Shown in pieces: positions 12,781 through 27,276 of a DNA stretch of 64,000 bases. The notes below the pieces were generated by a model, which was not told the DNA's origin, ran no database searches, and saw only the letters and a list, made by a program, of their open reading frames with translations. Every line of letters starts with the position of its first letter. Position 1 is the first letter of the stretch. Origin of the DNA: Octopus sinensis (taxonomy: Eukaryota); contig NC_043003.1 in the NCBI RefSeq assembly GCF_006345805.1, positions 45,880,001 through 45,944,000 of the forward strand, written 5' to 3'. The position numbers were made by a program, and so were the translations under genes.

Positions 12781-13434
12781 CCATACATACATGCATACAT
12801 ATATACACACTTATATATATATATATGCATATATATGTATATATGAATACATATATTTGTGTATGTAAGCGTGTATGTATTTATATATGTGTCTCTGAAT
12901 CTACGTGTGTATGTGTGTATGCATGTATGTGTATATATACAGAAAGAGAAAGAAAGAGAGACAGGCAGAGGCAGAGACACACAGAAAGAGCAAACTCATT
13001 AGCAATATCAACAAACCCAAACTGGTGCTTCAAATTAAAGTTACATAAATATGGTTAAATAAAATTTTATTCCTAAATTAAGCAAAAATGTTGTAAATTG
13101 TATAACCGCAGTCACTTTTGCATCAAACATTTGTGTATGTATATGTATACATTTGCATGTGCACATACATACTTGCTGGCATATATATACATGTGTGTGT
13201 GTGTGTATCTCGTAATTATAAGTATCTTATGCCTCTGTTTGCGCATATATATATATGTATACAATTGACTACACACACACATAACCTTATACGCATGTGT
13301 ATTTTTACATACATATATTTTTACATAAGTATAAATATACTTATATATACATGTTTGCATATATATAATATATATATATATATATACACACAAACACACA
13401 CACACATATATATGTATGTATGTATGTATATATC

Positions 13435-13690
13435 ACGTTATCATGTAACCGACCAGGCTACCAGATATTGTTACACTTTGCTGGTCACAATGCGCTTTTG
13501 CATTGTTTAACCTTCAAATGTCGCCACTCCAGTGGCTAGACCAACAGGTCAACATTCCACTCTGACCAACGTGAAAAGAAGTATTTTGCACGAGAATATA
13601 ATGCGCTACCCAGTCAGGGAACCGAACCCCACGAACAAGCGTTTATATGTTTGTGTGTGCAATAGTCTTACCACTAGGCCACGCGCCTTC
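13435..13690 (-). mobile_element. tRNA-derived SINE, family C
   Basis: The minus strand begins GAAGGCGCGTGGCCTAGTGGTAAG...GGGTTCGGTTCCC (A/B boxes) and has a body distinct from families A and B. Confidence 0.7.
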
Positions 13691-13754
13691 ATACATACAC
13701 ACGTACACACACGCAAACAGGTACACAAACAGACAAACACACACATATATGTAT

Positions 13755-13970
13755 ACTCTTTACTCTCTTTTACTCTTTTACTTGTTTCAGTCATGTGACT
13801 GTGACCATGCTGGAGCACAGCCTTTAGTCGAGAAAATCGACCCCAGGATTTATTCTTTGTAAGGCAAGTACTTATTTTATCGGTCTCTTTTGCCGTTAAC
13901 ACACCAGCATCGGTTGTCAAGCAATGTTGTGGGGACAAACAAACATATACACAAACATATAGACACATAA

Positions 13971-14021
<51 letters not shown>

Positions 14022-14188
14022 TACATATGTACGACGGGCTTCTTTCAGTTTCCGTTTACCAAATCAACTCACAAGGCTTTGGTTGGCCCGAGGCTATAGT
14101 AGAAGACACTTGTTCAAGGTTCCACGCAATGGGACTGAACCCGGAACAATGTGGCTGGTAAGCAAGCTACTTTCCACACAGCCACTCC
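13755..14188 (-). mobile_element. SINE family A, full length
   Basis: Reverse complement of the family A head and body, with a (GTAAAAGA)n-type tail. Confidence 0.9.
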
Positions 14189-14623
14189 TACGCCTATGTA
14201 TACAAAGATACAAACATACATACATACATGCAAACATACATGCATACACACATACGCATAATATTTTATATATACGTATATATCACATCACTTTTACATA
14301 TCTTTGATTACCGCATGTATTGATATTGTCAATACGTTAAATGTAATGGTTTGACTTGTAATCTATCACAAAATTCTGTATTGTTTATATCTCTGCAGGG
14401 GGTGTTTCTCAGAATATAAAAATGTCCAGTGCAATGTTTGTTTGACCTACATTATCGGATGCATAACACAGACACACATCTATAGATGCATACGTATGCA
14501 CATACCTATGATGATCTCTCCCTCTCTCTCTCTCTCTCTTTCAATCGCTATCTCTCTCGCTTTCACGTTGTAGATATATGTGCGTGCACACACTGACACA
14601 CATACATAGACATACATACATAC

Positions 14624-14663
<40 letters not shown>

Positions 14664-14898
14664 TATATGTATGTATGTATGTATTATGTATGTATGTATG
14701 TATATATATGTATGTATGTATGTCTATGTATATATATATATAAGTATGTATATATGTATGTATTTATATGTCAATATATATGTGTATGCATACACAAATA
14801 TATGTATATACATATATATATATTGTATATATATATATAATATATATATATATATATAATATATATTATATATATATATATGTATATATATATATGTA

Positions 14899-14930
<32 letters not shown>

Positions 14931-15718
14931 ATATATATATATATTATATATATATATATATAATATGTAGGTGTATGCAATTGTGTACGCATGCATATAT
15001 ATATGTACCTATACACGGATGGATAGATAAATGGTTGCATGTATGTATTTATTAGATAGTGTTAAATATACGTTTAGCGTACTTAATTGGCTTGTGAGTT
15101 AGTGTGCAAATAATGGCGTCTGACATTTATATCTCACCTAACCTAATACAACTATGTCAGAAAGCTGCCATATTTTCCCAATAATGGCGTTCGTTTTGCT
15201 CATTGATATGTACACGCACGCACACACACTCACACATATATTTTTACATACCTTGTTACATATATTCCCTTACGTCAGTTATTTTTCCTTACGTTCAGTT
15301 ACAGTATACTTGTATATGTTTTGCTTTATGCTTTCTCGTTTTGAATTCATTTCCCCCAACTCTTTTCTAATTTAGTAAACATTTACTGATCTATGTTTAT
15401 CTCGCTCATCTAATTTAATTTCCTGCATGTTTCCATAGAGATATTTCACATATGTTTGAATACACAATCATGTTACGGCTATAAAGGGAAATTAACAAAA
15501 GCGATAAACAACATATTGCTCTCTGTTTATCACGAACACAGTGAGATATATGTATCTGTCAAAGTATATGTATGCATATATGTTTGTGTATGAGTATATG
15601 TATGTATGTGTAATATGCATGAATGTACAAATGGAATCATATGTGTGTGGGTGTCTATTTGTGTGTGTGTGTGTGTGTGTATGGATGTACCTATGGAATT
15701 ATATCATATATATATATA

Positions 15719-16100
15719 TATGAATATACGCATGTACATAATGTATATGTGTTTGTATGTGTATACATAAGTATAAATATACTTATATATACATGCATAT
15801 ACATAATTATTTAAATAAGTGAGTATATGTTATATATATATATATATATATATATGAATATACGCATGCATATACTGTATATGTTTGTGTGTGTATGTGT
15901 ATATATAAGTATAATTATACTTATATATACATGCATATACATAGTTATTTAAATAAGCGAGTATATGTGTATATACACATGTATATATATATGAATATAC
16001 GCGTGTATATACTGTATATGCGTGTGTATGTATGTGTATATATAAGTATAAATATACTTATATATGCATGCGTATACATAGTTATTTAAATAAGCGAGTT
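15719..16100. repeat. Three ~135 bp tandem units within TA/TG-rich sequence
   Basis: Unit TATGAATATACGC...ATAAGTATAAATATACTTATAT...TTATTTAAATAAGYGAGT at ~15719, ~15852 and ~15989. Confidence 0.8.
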
Positions 16101-16184
16101 ATATATGTATATACACACGTGTGTATGAGTGTGTATGAATATGTGTGCGTTTATGTATGAGTGTGTCTACTTAAGACTATGTAT

Positions 16185-18335
16185 TCTTATGACAAGAAAG
16201 AGAAACTACGGATGTGGAAGTCTATTATATAGCTATAAAAACAATTTTAGATAAGAAAAATTTACAATGCATTATACTTATCTTTTAGTAAAATCGCAGT
16301 ATTTTACTTATTTGTCTTTCGCAAGCAAATTTCGCTTCTTTTTAAATACTTTCAAATTTTATTTTCTATCTTCTTTATTGAAAGCGATAAATAATATATG
16401 TTGAGAAACACATCTTTATTTCCACTAATTATTACGGATGACAATAGTCACGATAGTGTGGTGGTTGTGGTTGTCGTTGTTCCTGCTCTAGAGTTGTTTT
16501 CTTTTTATTGCGAGCTTCCAATATTCCACCAAACATAGCTGTCTGTTCTTTGTTTATATGATCAGTTCTCTTGATTTTCTTGTTTCTATTGTAATAACTA
16601 TATAATTCTTGTAATATCTAACAGTGTTCTTTTTTCTATATGCAAGGCATACTGTAAATCCTGGAAGTTTTCTGTGTTTTCCGTAATCATTATAATTGTT
16701 ATTTTGGTTTGGCTCAGGTTCGGTCTTATTCCTGGTAGAAATTATGTGGATAGCGGGTTACAACCTGTAACCTTACGCATCAAAATTTTTAATTGTTTTA
16801 CAGCTTTTGTTGTTTCTTCTTTTTCTTCATAGTTGTTAGGTGCTATGATTTCTTCGTTGCATTTTCAGCTTCCTTAAAGACTGAAACAGTTTTTTGTCTT
16901 GTTTGTGTTTTGTGGCTATTTGTATTAGTTTTCCTTGCTTCTGAAGTAGGTATTTCTGTAGTCCTTTGGTGGCTATTTTTCAATAGTTTTCTAACTGTAT
17001 AAGACTTCTACCACCTTCAATACTTTGTATGTATAACGTTTCTATATCAGATTTTGGGTGGTGCATCCTAAATCCTCTCATCATTTTTCTTGTTCTCAGG
17101 TCTATTTTAATTCATTTAGTGTCCAGTTAAGAATAATGTAGTTGTAACTTATAACTGAGATGGCTAGAGTGTTGATATCTATTATCTTGTTTTTAGCATT
17201 AAGCTCTGTATTTAGTATTGATCTAACTCGTTTATAGTATTCTTTATTTTTTTTCTCTTTCATTTGTGTGTGTTGTATCATATCTAGTTCATGGATTCCT
17301 AAATATTATATAGTGTGATGTTGCTGCCCTTAACTAGTTTTCCTCTTTTCAAGGTCGCTTTGCCATATTTTTCTAAGACAAATTTCATGTTTATTTCTTT
17401 AGTAAATCCTTGTACTGACAGTAGTAATGTTTCCAGCTGTTTATAATTTGTAGCGTAGATCACCCATATACAAGAGGTGGTTGATTATTTTGTCGTAACA
17501 CTTGTATCCACATCCAATTCTATATAGCATGTCAGATAAAGATGTCAGAATAAGGAGAGCGTGTCTCCCTGGAATATTACTTTTCTAATGGGGATGGCTT
17601 TGGTTTTTATGACTCACTCTTATTTTCTGGAACTGTAGCACTGTCTACCAATTATGCATGCTATCTTTTATATATTTTAAGATTATGGGTGCTACGTTGT
17701 TCATGATTAATGTTTCTAGGATCTATGTGTGGGATATATTATCAAAAGTCTTTCGGTAATCGATCTAGGCCATACTTATACCCTTCTTTCCGAGGCTGTC
17801 TTCAGTTATGGCTTTATTGATCAGTAGCTGATCTTTACAGCCGTATGACCTCTTTCAGCATCCCTTCTGTTCTTCTGGAAAAAGTTTGTTCTCTTCCAGA
17901 TGTCTGCCCATTCTCTGCGATGCTATTGCCGTAAAGGCTTTGTAAATTGTAGGGAGACAAGGTATCGGCCTGTAATTGTGTGGGTTTGGCTTTTCAGTGG
18001 ACTTGGGAATTAGTATAGTTTTCCCTTCTGGGAGCCATTCAAGCATTGTCTCAGACTCTGCTAGTATTTCATTAAATGTCTCAGCCAGCTTTTTATGTGT
18101 TCCTGTTGGATATTTAATCAGAGGTTAGGGATCTTGTCGTGCCCGGGTACCTTTCATTTGCTCAGATTTGCAGTACTTGGATGACCTTCTCAGTTGTTAT
18201 AGAGGTCCATAGTTGTTCAGATGCTGCGTTCGTTGTTTTGATATATCTTTTCTGAGGTTGGTCCTTTGCCGAACATATTTCTTTTCAAAATTCTTCCACT
18301 TCTTCTGTTGTTGGTGCTGCATTGATCTCTACTTT
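16185..18335 (-). mobile_element. Degenerate RLE-type non-LTR retrotransposon (R4/Dong-like), RT to 3' end
   Basis: Remnants include KVPGHDKIPN, WLPEGKTILIPK...NYRPIPCLPTIYK...EEQKGC, GCKDQLLINK, IDYRKTFDNISH, IFQGDTLS and HPKSDIERLY. Many stops are present. Confidence 0.9.
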
Positions 18336-18595
18336 CAAAGTTATCAGAACAAAATTTTACAAACCAATTTGATACTGTCTGCTGTGTAATAACATTCGAA
18401 TGTAATACTTCATTAATATCCCGAGCTGTCAGTGATGCTGTATTTCCAAGAAAGAACTCATACTTCAAAACAGTACGAATTTTTGACTTATCCATCTCTA
18501 AACAAATATAGCAAAAACGATTTATATACACAATTTATAAAGCGCAAAATGACTTAAAATAAAGAAATATATGTGTCAGCTTTCTAACAAAAAAA
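18335..18595 (-). mobile_element. mariner transposon 5' fragment (N-terminal HTH)
   Basis: MDKSKIRTVLKYEFFLGNTASLTARDINEV...QQTVSNWFVKFCSDNF matches the mariner HTH pattern IRxxxxYEFxxG..A..AR.IN...TV..WF.KF.SG.F. Confidence 0.8.
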
Positions 18596-19335
18596 TAAAG
18601 AATAACTGCTTAGATGATCTTTGACAACGTCTAGGTCCTTCCAGAGAATTTTACCACTCTTTTCAGCCATTAACCCTCTATAGAAATGAAGTGTTTCACC
18701 CATCATATAGTCCGATTGATAGTGAGGTGTAAGGGCAGCATTGCAAATGGAAGACAGCCAACCTTAGTCGTCGCCTGAGCCAGAACTGCAGCTCTGTGGA
18801 AGTGACAAAATTTGAGGAAGCATGTTACATAAACAGTTGACTAGCCTTGCTCACCAACTACAAATCTCTGCATACGTCGCAGCCTCAGTGAACGCTTGAG
18901 CCTTACTAGTCATAACATACCAAACCTTCAGAATAGTGTGTGATGGAAGCAAACGAAGTTTCTGTCCCGAAAACCCGATACTTTTACAAGGAAAGGTACG
19001 AGTACACGATTCGTATTGAGCAAATGAAATGTAAGGTAGAAAGTAGGAATATATATTATGGAGATAAAGTAGACGTTCGCTACTTCTGGTTTCAAATACA
19101 ATTGCCTCTCAAGTTATTTCTGGAAGAGACTTGCTACTCTGTTCATAAAATTGTCTATTTATTTTCTACTCACCTGCAAACCAGGAGCGAATTCAGCACC
19201 AAGAACCTTAATTCCCCCCTTTCTTTCTCTTTATCTTTTATTCCACGTGTTTCTTATATTACAGAAGACGTGACATAGCCTTTTTGAGTTCAATGCTACC
19301 ATTTCCCGAGGTCTTATGCTTATATATGTAGATTA

Positions 19336-19890
19336 TTCTTTTCTACTCTCGGCACAATGCCAGAAAATTTGGAGGGCAGGGGCCACTCGATTACATCGAC
19401 CACAGTACGCAACTGGAACTTAATTTATCGACCCCGAAAGGATGACAGGCAAAGTTAACCTCGGCGGAATTTGAAATCAGAAAGTAAAGACAGACGAAAT
19501 ACCTATTTCTTTACTGCCCAGAAGGGGCTAAACACAGAGAGGACAAACAAGGACAGACAAACGGATTAAGTCGATTACATCGATCCCGGTGCGTAACTGG
19601 TACTTAATTTATCGACTCCGAAAGGATGAAAGGCAACGTCGACCTAGGCGGAATTTGAACTCAGTACGTAACGGCAGACGAAATACCTATTTCTTTATTA
19701 CCCACAAGGGGCTAAACACAGAGGCAACAAACAAGGACAGACATAGGTATTAAGTCGATTACATCGACCCCAGTTCGTAACTGGTACTTAACTCATCGAC
19801 CCCGAAAGGATGAAAGGCAAAGTCGACCTCGGCGAAATTTGACTCACAACGTAACGCAGACGAAATACCGCTAATCATTTCGCCCGGCGT
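19336..19890 (-). mobile_element. SINE family B with 3 tandem internal units
   Basis: Three copies of CCGAAAGGATGAAAGGCAAAGTCGACCTCGGCGGAATTTGAACTCAG...GACGAAATACC at ~175-180 bp period. Confidence 0.9.
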
Positions 19891-20534
19891 ATATGTGTTC
19901 GATTATTAAAGAACGAGCGAGCTGCGGGTTCGTTCGAAAATGTTACTCAAACAAAGTTAGCTTACGTAGTGTCCACTTGGCGGTTAACTGTCTGTTCTTT
20001 ACTGAAGACTTCATCATTTAAAAGTTTCCTCAGTTGAGAGTTAACCTGATGTCAGTTTATGGCTGTCGTAAAACTATATTAACGAGGTGATTTAATATGC
20101 GGTTTCTCACTAATGGAGGATGTCACCAGTAATACAATATCAGACACTGTAACTGTAGCCGTTCGTAGTAACTCACCAAATTTCATTGAATCTATTTCTA
20201 TTGAATAAAACTACTACAGCTAAGAATCGAATATATACTAAGTAATATGCTAAATATATTACATTTTATGGTGATCAAAAATTTGAACGCATTTGAGGTG
20301 ACTAATAATATTTTGGCAATGGTTGATTATACATACAAGAATATTGGTGAAAAAGAACAGCATGAAAAGAAAAAAATGTAAATTAAGAGAGAAAACTCTG
20401 ATCAGTTATTTAACAGAAAGAAAATTATATTTGTCGGATTTCTTACCAGAATACATGTTCGAACAGATGCGAATATAAATGAGAGAAACATATGCTCACA
20501 TAAACACAAACACCTACACATGGACACGCATATA

Positions 20535-20535
20535 C

Positions 20536-20601
<66 letters not shown>

Positions 20602-21012
20602 TTATATATATATATTATATATATATATATTATATATATATATATATATAATATATATGATAGATAGATAGATAGATAGATATAAATATATATATATATA
20701 TAATATCAGAGAGAGAGAGAGAGAAGGATAGAGAGACAGAGAGAGGGACAGAAAGAGACAGAGACAGAGGTAAAGATAGTTTAATATAGATAGAGATCGA
20801 TCGATAGATAGATAGGTAGATAGATAGATGCACAATTATATCATGCATACATACATACACACATACATACATACATACATACATACATACATACATACAT
20901 ACATACACACATACATACATGCATACATACATACATACATACATACATACATACATACATACATACATACATACATCACACACATACATACATACATACA
21001 TACATACATACA

Positions 21013-21042
<30 letters not shown>
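20535..21042. repeat. (TA)n, (GATA)n, (GA)n and (CATA)n microsatellite cluster
   Basis: Direct reading. Confidence 0.95.
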
Positions 21043-21044
<2 letters not shown>

Positions 21045-21296
21045 AGTGCGTGTATGTGTGTATGGTCCACGCAGACATAATTGATTCTTTTATAGATTTT
21101 TGTGTTCCTCATTTTTCCGCACCACTATTCACCCAATATTCATCTTCCAAAGAAGCGTAATGTCCAAAACGTTACATTTATATGAGCGGCAAAATAATAA
21201 TAATTTTGATGGTAAAATTATCCCGGCTTAATATACCTTCTATTTTAGATTTTATGTATTTTTATGTTATTTTGTTCTACGTACCTATATAGCATG

Positions 21297-21329
<33 letters not shown>

Positions 21330-21402
21330 ATGTATGTATGTAAATGTATGTGTATATGTGTGTGTGTCTGTGAGTATAAATATATATACACACACACACA
21401 CA

Positions 21403-22900
21403 CTAGCTGAATTACCCGGCGTTGCCCGGGCTACTGGTGTTCTTATTCTGATTAATAAACAGCAAAATATGAAGGACCCGGTTTCACTCGGGTTATAAAC
21501 TCATAGCCTTAACACAGTACCGCTTGATTGTAGTAAGATTAGTATGCTTCTAAGAAAGTAATATTTATTTTTAACGCTCAAATGTTTTACACTTCTGTGC
21601 ACATATCATTCATGTAAGTGCTTCTTCATACACTCTGTTTTCTGTCTTGCCATGTTTATCACTGAGAATGTTGAGGTTCTTTTAATCTCAATCTCTGGAA
21701 CATCCAGCATTTCAGCTGACCATGTGAGAAGCATAGTAGAAGCAAGTTAAGTCCAACCACTTTTAGAGATTGACCTTGTGTTTTGCTGATAGTCATTGCA
21801 AAGCTTACTTTGACAGGAAACTCCAGTCTCTTGAACTGAAAGAGGGGATCATTTGAGATGAGAAGGATTCACGGAATGAAGACATTCTCACATATCATGT
21901 TGCCTGTAATTACTTTTGCTTCCAACACATTGGGCATGGCTGTTTTAACAACCAGCCTTGTTTCATTGCAGAACCTGTGTGCATCAAGGTTTGTTAACAG
22001 CATTATGGGAGCACCTGTTTTCATGATTAGAATGTGTGGTGGAAATCCTAGAGTTTTAATTTGTGTTGAAGAACTCCAAGATAATGCGTTGCCTGTTCTT
22101 GATCAGTGACAGAGTCAATAGATCTGTATGAACTTTCAGTTCCTGGAAGCTGTAGCAACACATTTAAATTCAGCTTGTCTACAGCATCATTCCTTGATAC
22201 TATAATTTTTCTTTCACATAGTCACTTGTGACTTTTGTAGTTCTTCAAGGGAGACAGTCACATTTCCACATGGGAGGTCGTGCAGACTATCTCCTGGATC
22301 CTGTGGAAGTTTTCCATTTCCATTGTCAAGTAACTTGTTGGAGAACTCTACAGCTAATAAGTCACCATGAATATGAACCCACGCGGAAATTGCAGTGAGT
22401 TTAACCTTTGCGCCACAGCAGCTCAACCCAGGTGTCTCGCCATGTCACTTCCTTGCTTTACAGTGTATGCACTCAGTTGTCATTTCACCAATGGAAACTT
22501 TAGTATCAATCTCTATAATTAACTACTGGATCATAGTTGAAAGCTGCTGTAACTGCTCTTCCTTCTGCAGTGAAGATCTTTATTCCTTGTCAGGCGTGCA
22601 TACTTCTGATCGACAGATTGATATGCTCGGGCAGCAGCAGTAGACTACTGGTTTTGTTTTTGAAGCATAACTCTTGTCCCATCATTCTCAGATGCACTGG
22701 CTGCTGTAGTACATTGTCTGTTTCTTTCTTGGCGTGTTTCCCGTGCTTTTTTTTTTCAGGTGTCTCTCTTTCAGTTGACAGAGACATTCTTTTGGCTGAC
22801 CTTGGCATTGGAGACAAACTTGGCACCTTTCTTCTAGGCATGGTTATTTACGGATACACAAAAACACTGATTAATTTTTTTTTTACCAGACATGGTTATA
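21403..22900 (-). mobile_element. Internally deleted Helitron (N-terminus plus PIF1 helicase C-terminus)
   Basis: The minus-strand 3' end has hairpin CCCGG-GCAACG-CCGGG, then CTAG followed by T (21403-21430). PIF1 motifs include GFPPHILIMKTGAPIMLLTNLD...CNETRL and FKRLEFPVKVSFAMTISKTQGQSL...FSHGQL. The N-terminus reads MPRRK...SAKRM...ETPE. The 5' end is not defined. Confidence 0.9.
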
Positions 22901-23096
22901 GCGACAAATGCAAGACAGAATGGTTTGACAGAAAGACAGAATGATAGAGTAAGAGACAGAAAGAGAGGAAGATAGATATATATATATAGGGAGATATAGA
23001 TATAACACGTGTTCTGAAATGAAATAGAAGCGGTTATATATATATATATATGCGCTCGTATGCAAAGCGAACACGAAGACCATCGACAGAATGAAG

Positions 23097-23500
23097 AAGA
23101 GCTGGTAGAAACGTCAACACGCCGGGCGAAATGCTTAGCGGTATTTCGTCTGTCTTTATGTTCTGAGTTCAAATTCCGCCGAGGTCGATTTTGCCTTTCA
23201 TCCTTTCGGGATCGATTAAATAAGTACCAGTTATGCACTAGGGTCGATATAATCGACTTAATCCGTTTGTCTGTCTTTGTTTGACCTCTCTGTGTTTAGC
23301 CCATTGTGGCTAGTAAAGAAATAGATATTTCGCCCGCCGCTACGTTCTGAGTTCAAATTCCACCGACGTCGACTTTTTGTTTCATCCTTTCGGGGTCAAT
23401 TAAATAAGTACCAGTTACGCACTGGAATCGATTTAATCCGTTTGTCTGTCCTTGTTTGTCCCTTCTGTTTGTAGCCCCTTGTGGGCAGAAAAAAGAAATA
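23097..23500 (+). mobile_element. SINE family B with 2 internal units
   Basis: Head GAGCTGGTAGAAACGTCAACACGCCGGGCGAAATG followed by two CTGAGTTCAAATTCC...AAAGAAATA units. Confidence 0.9.
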
Positions 23501-24261
23501 AGAAAGCGAAGCAATCAGTATTTAATAAATATATACGAATATATATGCATTCAAAGGATTCTGATTTCATTTAAAAAATTACATACTCAAGATCTTTTAA
23601 AGTTATATTCCATTCGTTGCTCTCGTTCACATCTGGTGTCCTGTTATTAATCAGTGGAGGCATTTAGATGCCAATTTTATACAAGATATTCTGCCAATGC
23701 ATAAAATCCCTTCATAAGTGTGGCTTTACATTAAATGACCTACATGACATGACAATTTTCCAAAATTGTTCCGTCTGGACCAGAAACAATTATTTCCGGG
23801 ATATATTTTTGTGATGTTTGAATACTTTCGGAAGAGGAAATATTGTGTTGTTCTTTTCATGAAGATAAATGGCGTTAGTCTTTAAGCATTATTTTATGAA
23901 TTCCTTTTGCGAAATAGCAATCCTTCAGACGCACACATACGGGAAACTGTTATATTCCATTGGTATGTATTCAAATAGCATATTTACACCGCTACACCCA
24001 CAAACACAAACAGAAAAGAGTATGTGATATACGTACGAACACATACGCGCACACGTACGCACGCATACGCACATAGTCACAGGTAAATGCCGGCACGGGA
24101 TACAAATTATACGGAGAGTATTTGAGACAAACTACGGACAATTTATCTCAGTTGACAATACTCCCAGAAAAATTGATGGATAATGTATAATATAAAAGAT
24201 ATAGAAAACAGACTCATTTTGCACCCATGGAAATCTGTATACTCGAACACACACACAGGAA

Positions 24262-24800
<539 letters not shown>

Positions 24801-25145
24801 GTATATGTACATACATAGACATACACTGAAACGTATATGTGCCTGTGTAATAAAACATGTGTATGAATGGATGCTCGGGTGAAACAGGTATATGCACAAG
24901 CTTCTACATGTACGCTTTTTTACCTAACTTTTTATCCATTTTTCTGACAAAACATCTTGTTAGAATACTTTTACACGTAAATAGTTATGTATCTACATCT
25001 GTGTGGTGAATGTAGTTGTACATATATGTATAGAAACACCTCTGATATCAAATCATGTAAACATATTCTCTACTGAGAAATAAAGAAAATGTGAGATAAT
25101 ATATACTGCAAGAAATCTCGATATTTCGTTGTCAATAAACCTAAC

Positions 25146-25149
<4 letters not shown>

Positions 25150-25203
<54 letters not shown>

Positions 25204-25698
25204 TTAATAATAATAATAATATTAATAATAATAATGGTGATGATGATGATGATGAGGAGGAGGAGGAGGAGAGCTGCAGCATGGGGAGTGGGGGAGGGGG
25301 AGGGGGGGAGGAGGAGGAGGAGGACGACGACGACGACAACGAGGACGAGGATGACAAGGATGCCGAGGAGAGAAAAAAGGAGGAGGAGGAAGAAGAAGAA
25401 GAAGAAGAAGGGAGAGAAGAAGAAGAAGAAGAAGAAGCATAAGAAGAAGGGGAAGAAGAAGGAGAAGACAAAGAAGAGGGAAGAGGAGAAGAAGAAGAAT
25501 GAAGAAGATGAAGAATAGAAGAAAGAAGAAGAAGAAGAAGAGAGAAGAAGAAGAAAGAAGATAAGAAAGAAGAGCAAGAGAAGGAAGAAGAAGAAGGAGA
25601 AGAAGAAGAAGGAGGAGGAGGAGAAGAAGAAGAAGAAGAAGAAGAAGAAGCAGAAGAAGAAGAAGAAAAAGAAGAAGAAGAAGAAGAAGAAGAAGAAG

Positions 25699-25728
<30 letters not shown>
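25150..25728. repeat. Compound trinucleotide tract (TAA)n>(GAT)n>(GAG)n>(GAA)n, about 480 nt nearly all-purine
   Basis: Direct reading. Confidence 0.95.
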
Positions 25729-25729
<1 letters not shown>

Positions 25730-27134
25730 GTAGTATGTTCGTCTTGAAGAGAGGCAAAATCAAATGTTCAGACGGGCTAGCGATATCGTCGAGGAGTTTA
25801 TGAAGCAGATAGAAGAGACGGGCTATAGGTACATAGGGATTGTGGAAGTGAATAAATTCAGGGAGAAAGAAATGACAGAAAAGTGGAGTACTTGCGCAGA
25901 CTGAGACTGATACTTAAGTCGAAATTCAACGGACGAAATAAGATTGAAGCTATCAACACCTGGGCGGTTTCATTCCTTAGATATGGAGGAAGGGTAATCG
26001 CATGGACAGTAGACGAGCTAAACAGCGTAGACAGAAAGACAAGGAAGATGCTGACTAGATATGGGATACTCCACCCAAAAAGTAACACAGACAGAGTGTA
26101 TGTACCAAGGAAAAGAGGAGAAAGAGGACTGATTGCATGCGAACACAGCGTTAGAGCAGAAGAAAACAAATTAACATGATATGTAAAAAAAATGCCACAG
26201 AACAATTATTATTGGAAGAAGGTCAGGCTTGTGTAGGTTCGACGACTGAAAAGATAAAGCACTGTACACACATTTAAGAATGAATGAATCTGAAAATAGA
26301 TGGTTAAAGAAAATAATGCATGGATAATTTCATAGGGAAGTTGAAGATAAGACAGGCATAGATGGCTATGGATGACCTAAAGTGATGAAAAACCAGAAAT
26401 GGAGGCTCGAACTTGCGCTGCTCATGAGCAAGCACTAAGAACGAATTACATCAAATACAGAATAGACAACACAGCAGAATGTGATAAGTGCAGAATTTGT
26501 GGGGAAATGGTGAAACCGTATGGCATATTACCAGTCAATGTACGCCACTAGCCCAGAAAGAATATAAGAGACACCATGACAATATAGCAAGTGTTGTCGA
26601 TTGGACACTTTGCAACAAGTATGGACTTGACGGAGCAAAAAAGTGGTACGAACATAAACTCGAAAGCATCATCAAAAATGATAATGCAAAGATCCTATGA
26701 GATTTTATGATTTAATGCGATCATAAGATAGAGAATTGGAAGCCAGACATAGTCTTAATTGAGAAAGAAAACAAACTATGCTGGATCATAGATATAGCAT
26801 ACCTAGCTGACAACAATGTGTGCGATAAGGAAGAAAGAAAAGTCGATAGATATAACATGTTGCCTTGAGAGGTTAAGCACTCGTGGTCGATGAAAAAGAT
26901 GATAGTAGTACCAATAATTGTTGGAGCCCTGAGAACAGTGAGTAAAAATCTTGAGAAGTACATGGAACAAATAGGGGCTACAATTTGGGTGGAGCGCTTG
27001 CAGGAAACAGCACTGCTGAGAACCGCTCGAATACTCCAGATGGTGCTAAAAAAATAAGGGGTGTTACCTTAGTTCACTGGTACTGGACAGCTGGCACCGT
27101 AGTACATCTCAAATGAAAAGAAGCTGTGCAAAGA
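25729..27134 (+). mobile_element. 5'-truncated R4/Dong-like RLE LINE with a (TAA)n tail
   Basis: Remnants include EYLRRLRLILKSKFNGRNKIEAINTWAV...LHPKSNTDRVYVPRKRGERGL, the CCHC finger CRICG...ETVWHITSQC, the RLE motif KPDIVLIEKENK...IIDIA and the terminal LQETALLRTARIL. The (TAA)n run follows the short 3' UTR. Confidence 0.92.
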
Positions 27135-27136
27135 TA

Positions 27137-27205
<69 letters not shown>

Positions 27206-27237
27206 TAATAATAATAATAATAATAATAATGACAATG

Positions 27238-27276
<39 letters not shown>

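Noticed and set aside
18217-18531. Apparent chimeric ORF of mariner HTH plus LINE sequence (SETMAR-like fusion idea)
   Set aside because: It is a junction of two decayed elements, the frame stops after 104 aa, and the LINE portion is full of stops.
25053-25763. Poly-F/S/K/I ORFs of 130-236 aa; likewise 28676-29457 and 38720-39010
   Set aside because: They are trinucleotide repeat tracts open in several frames on both strands.
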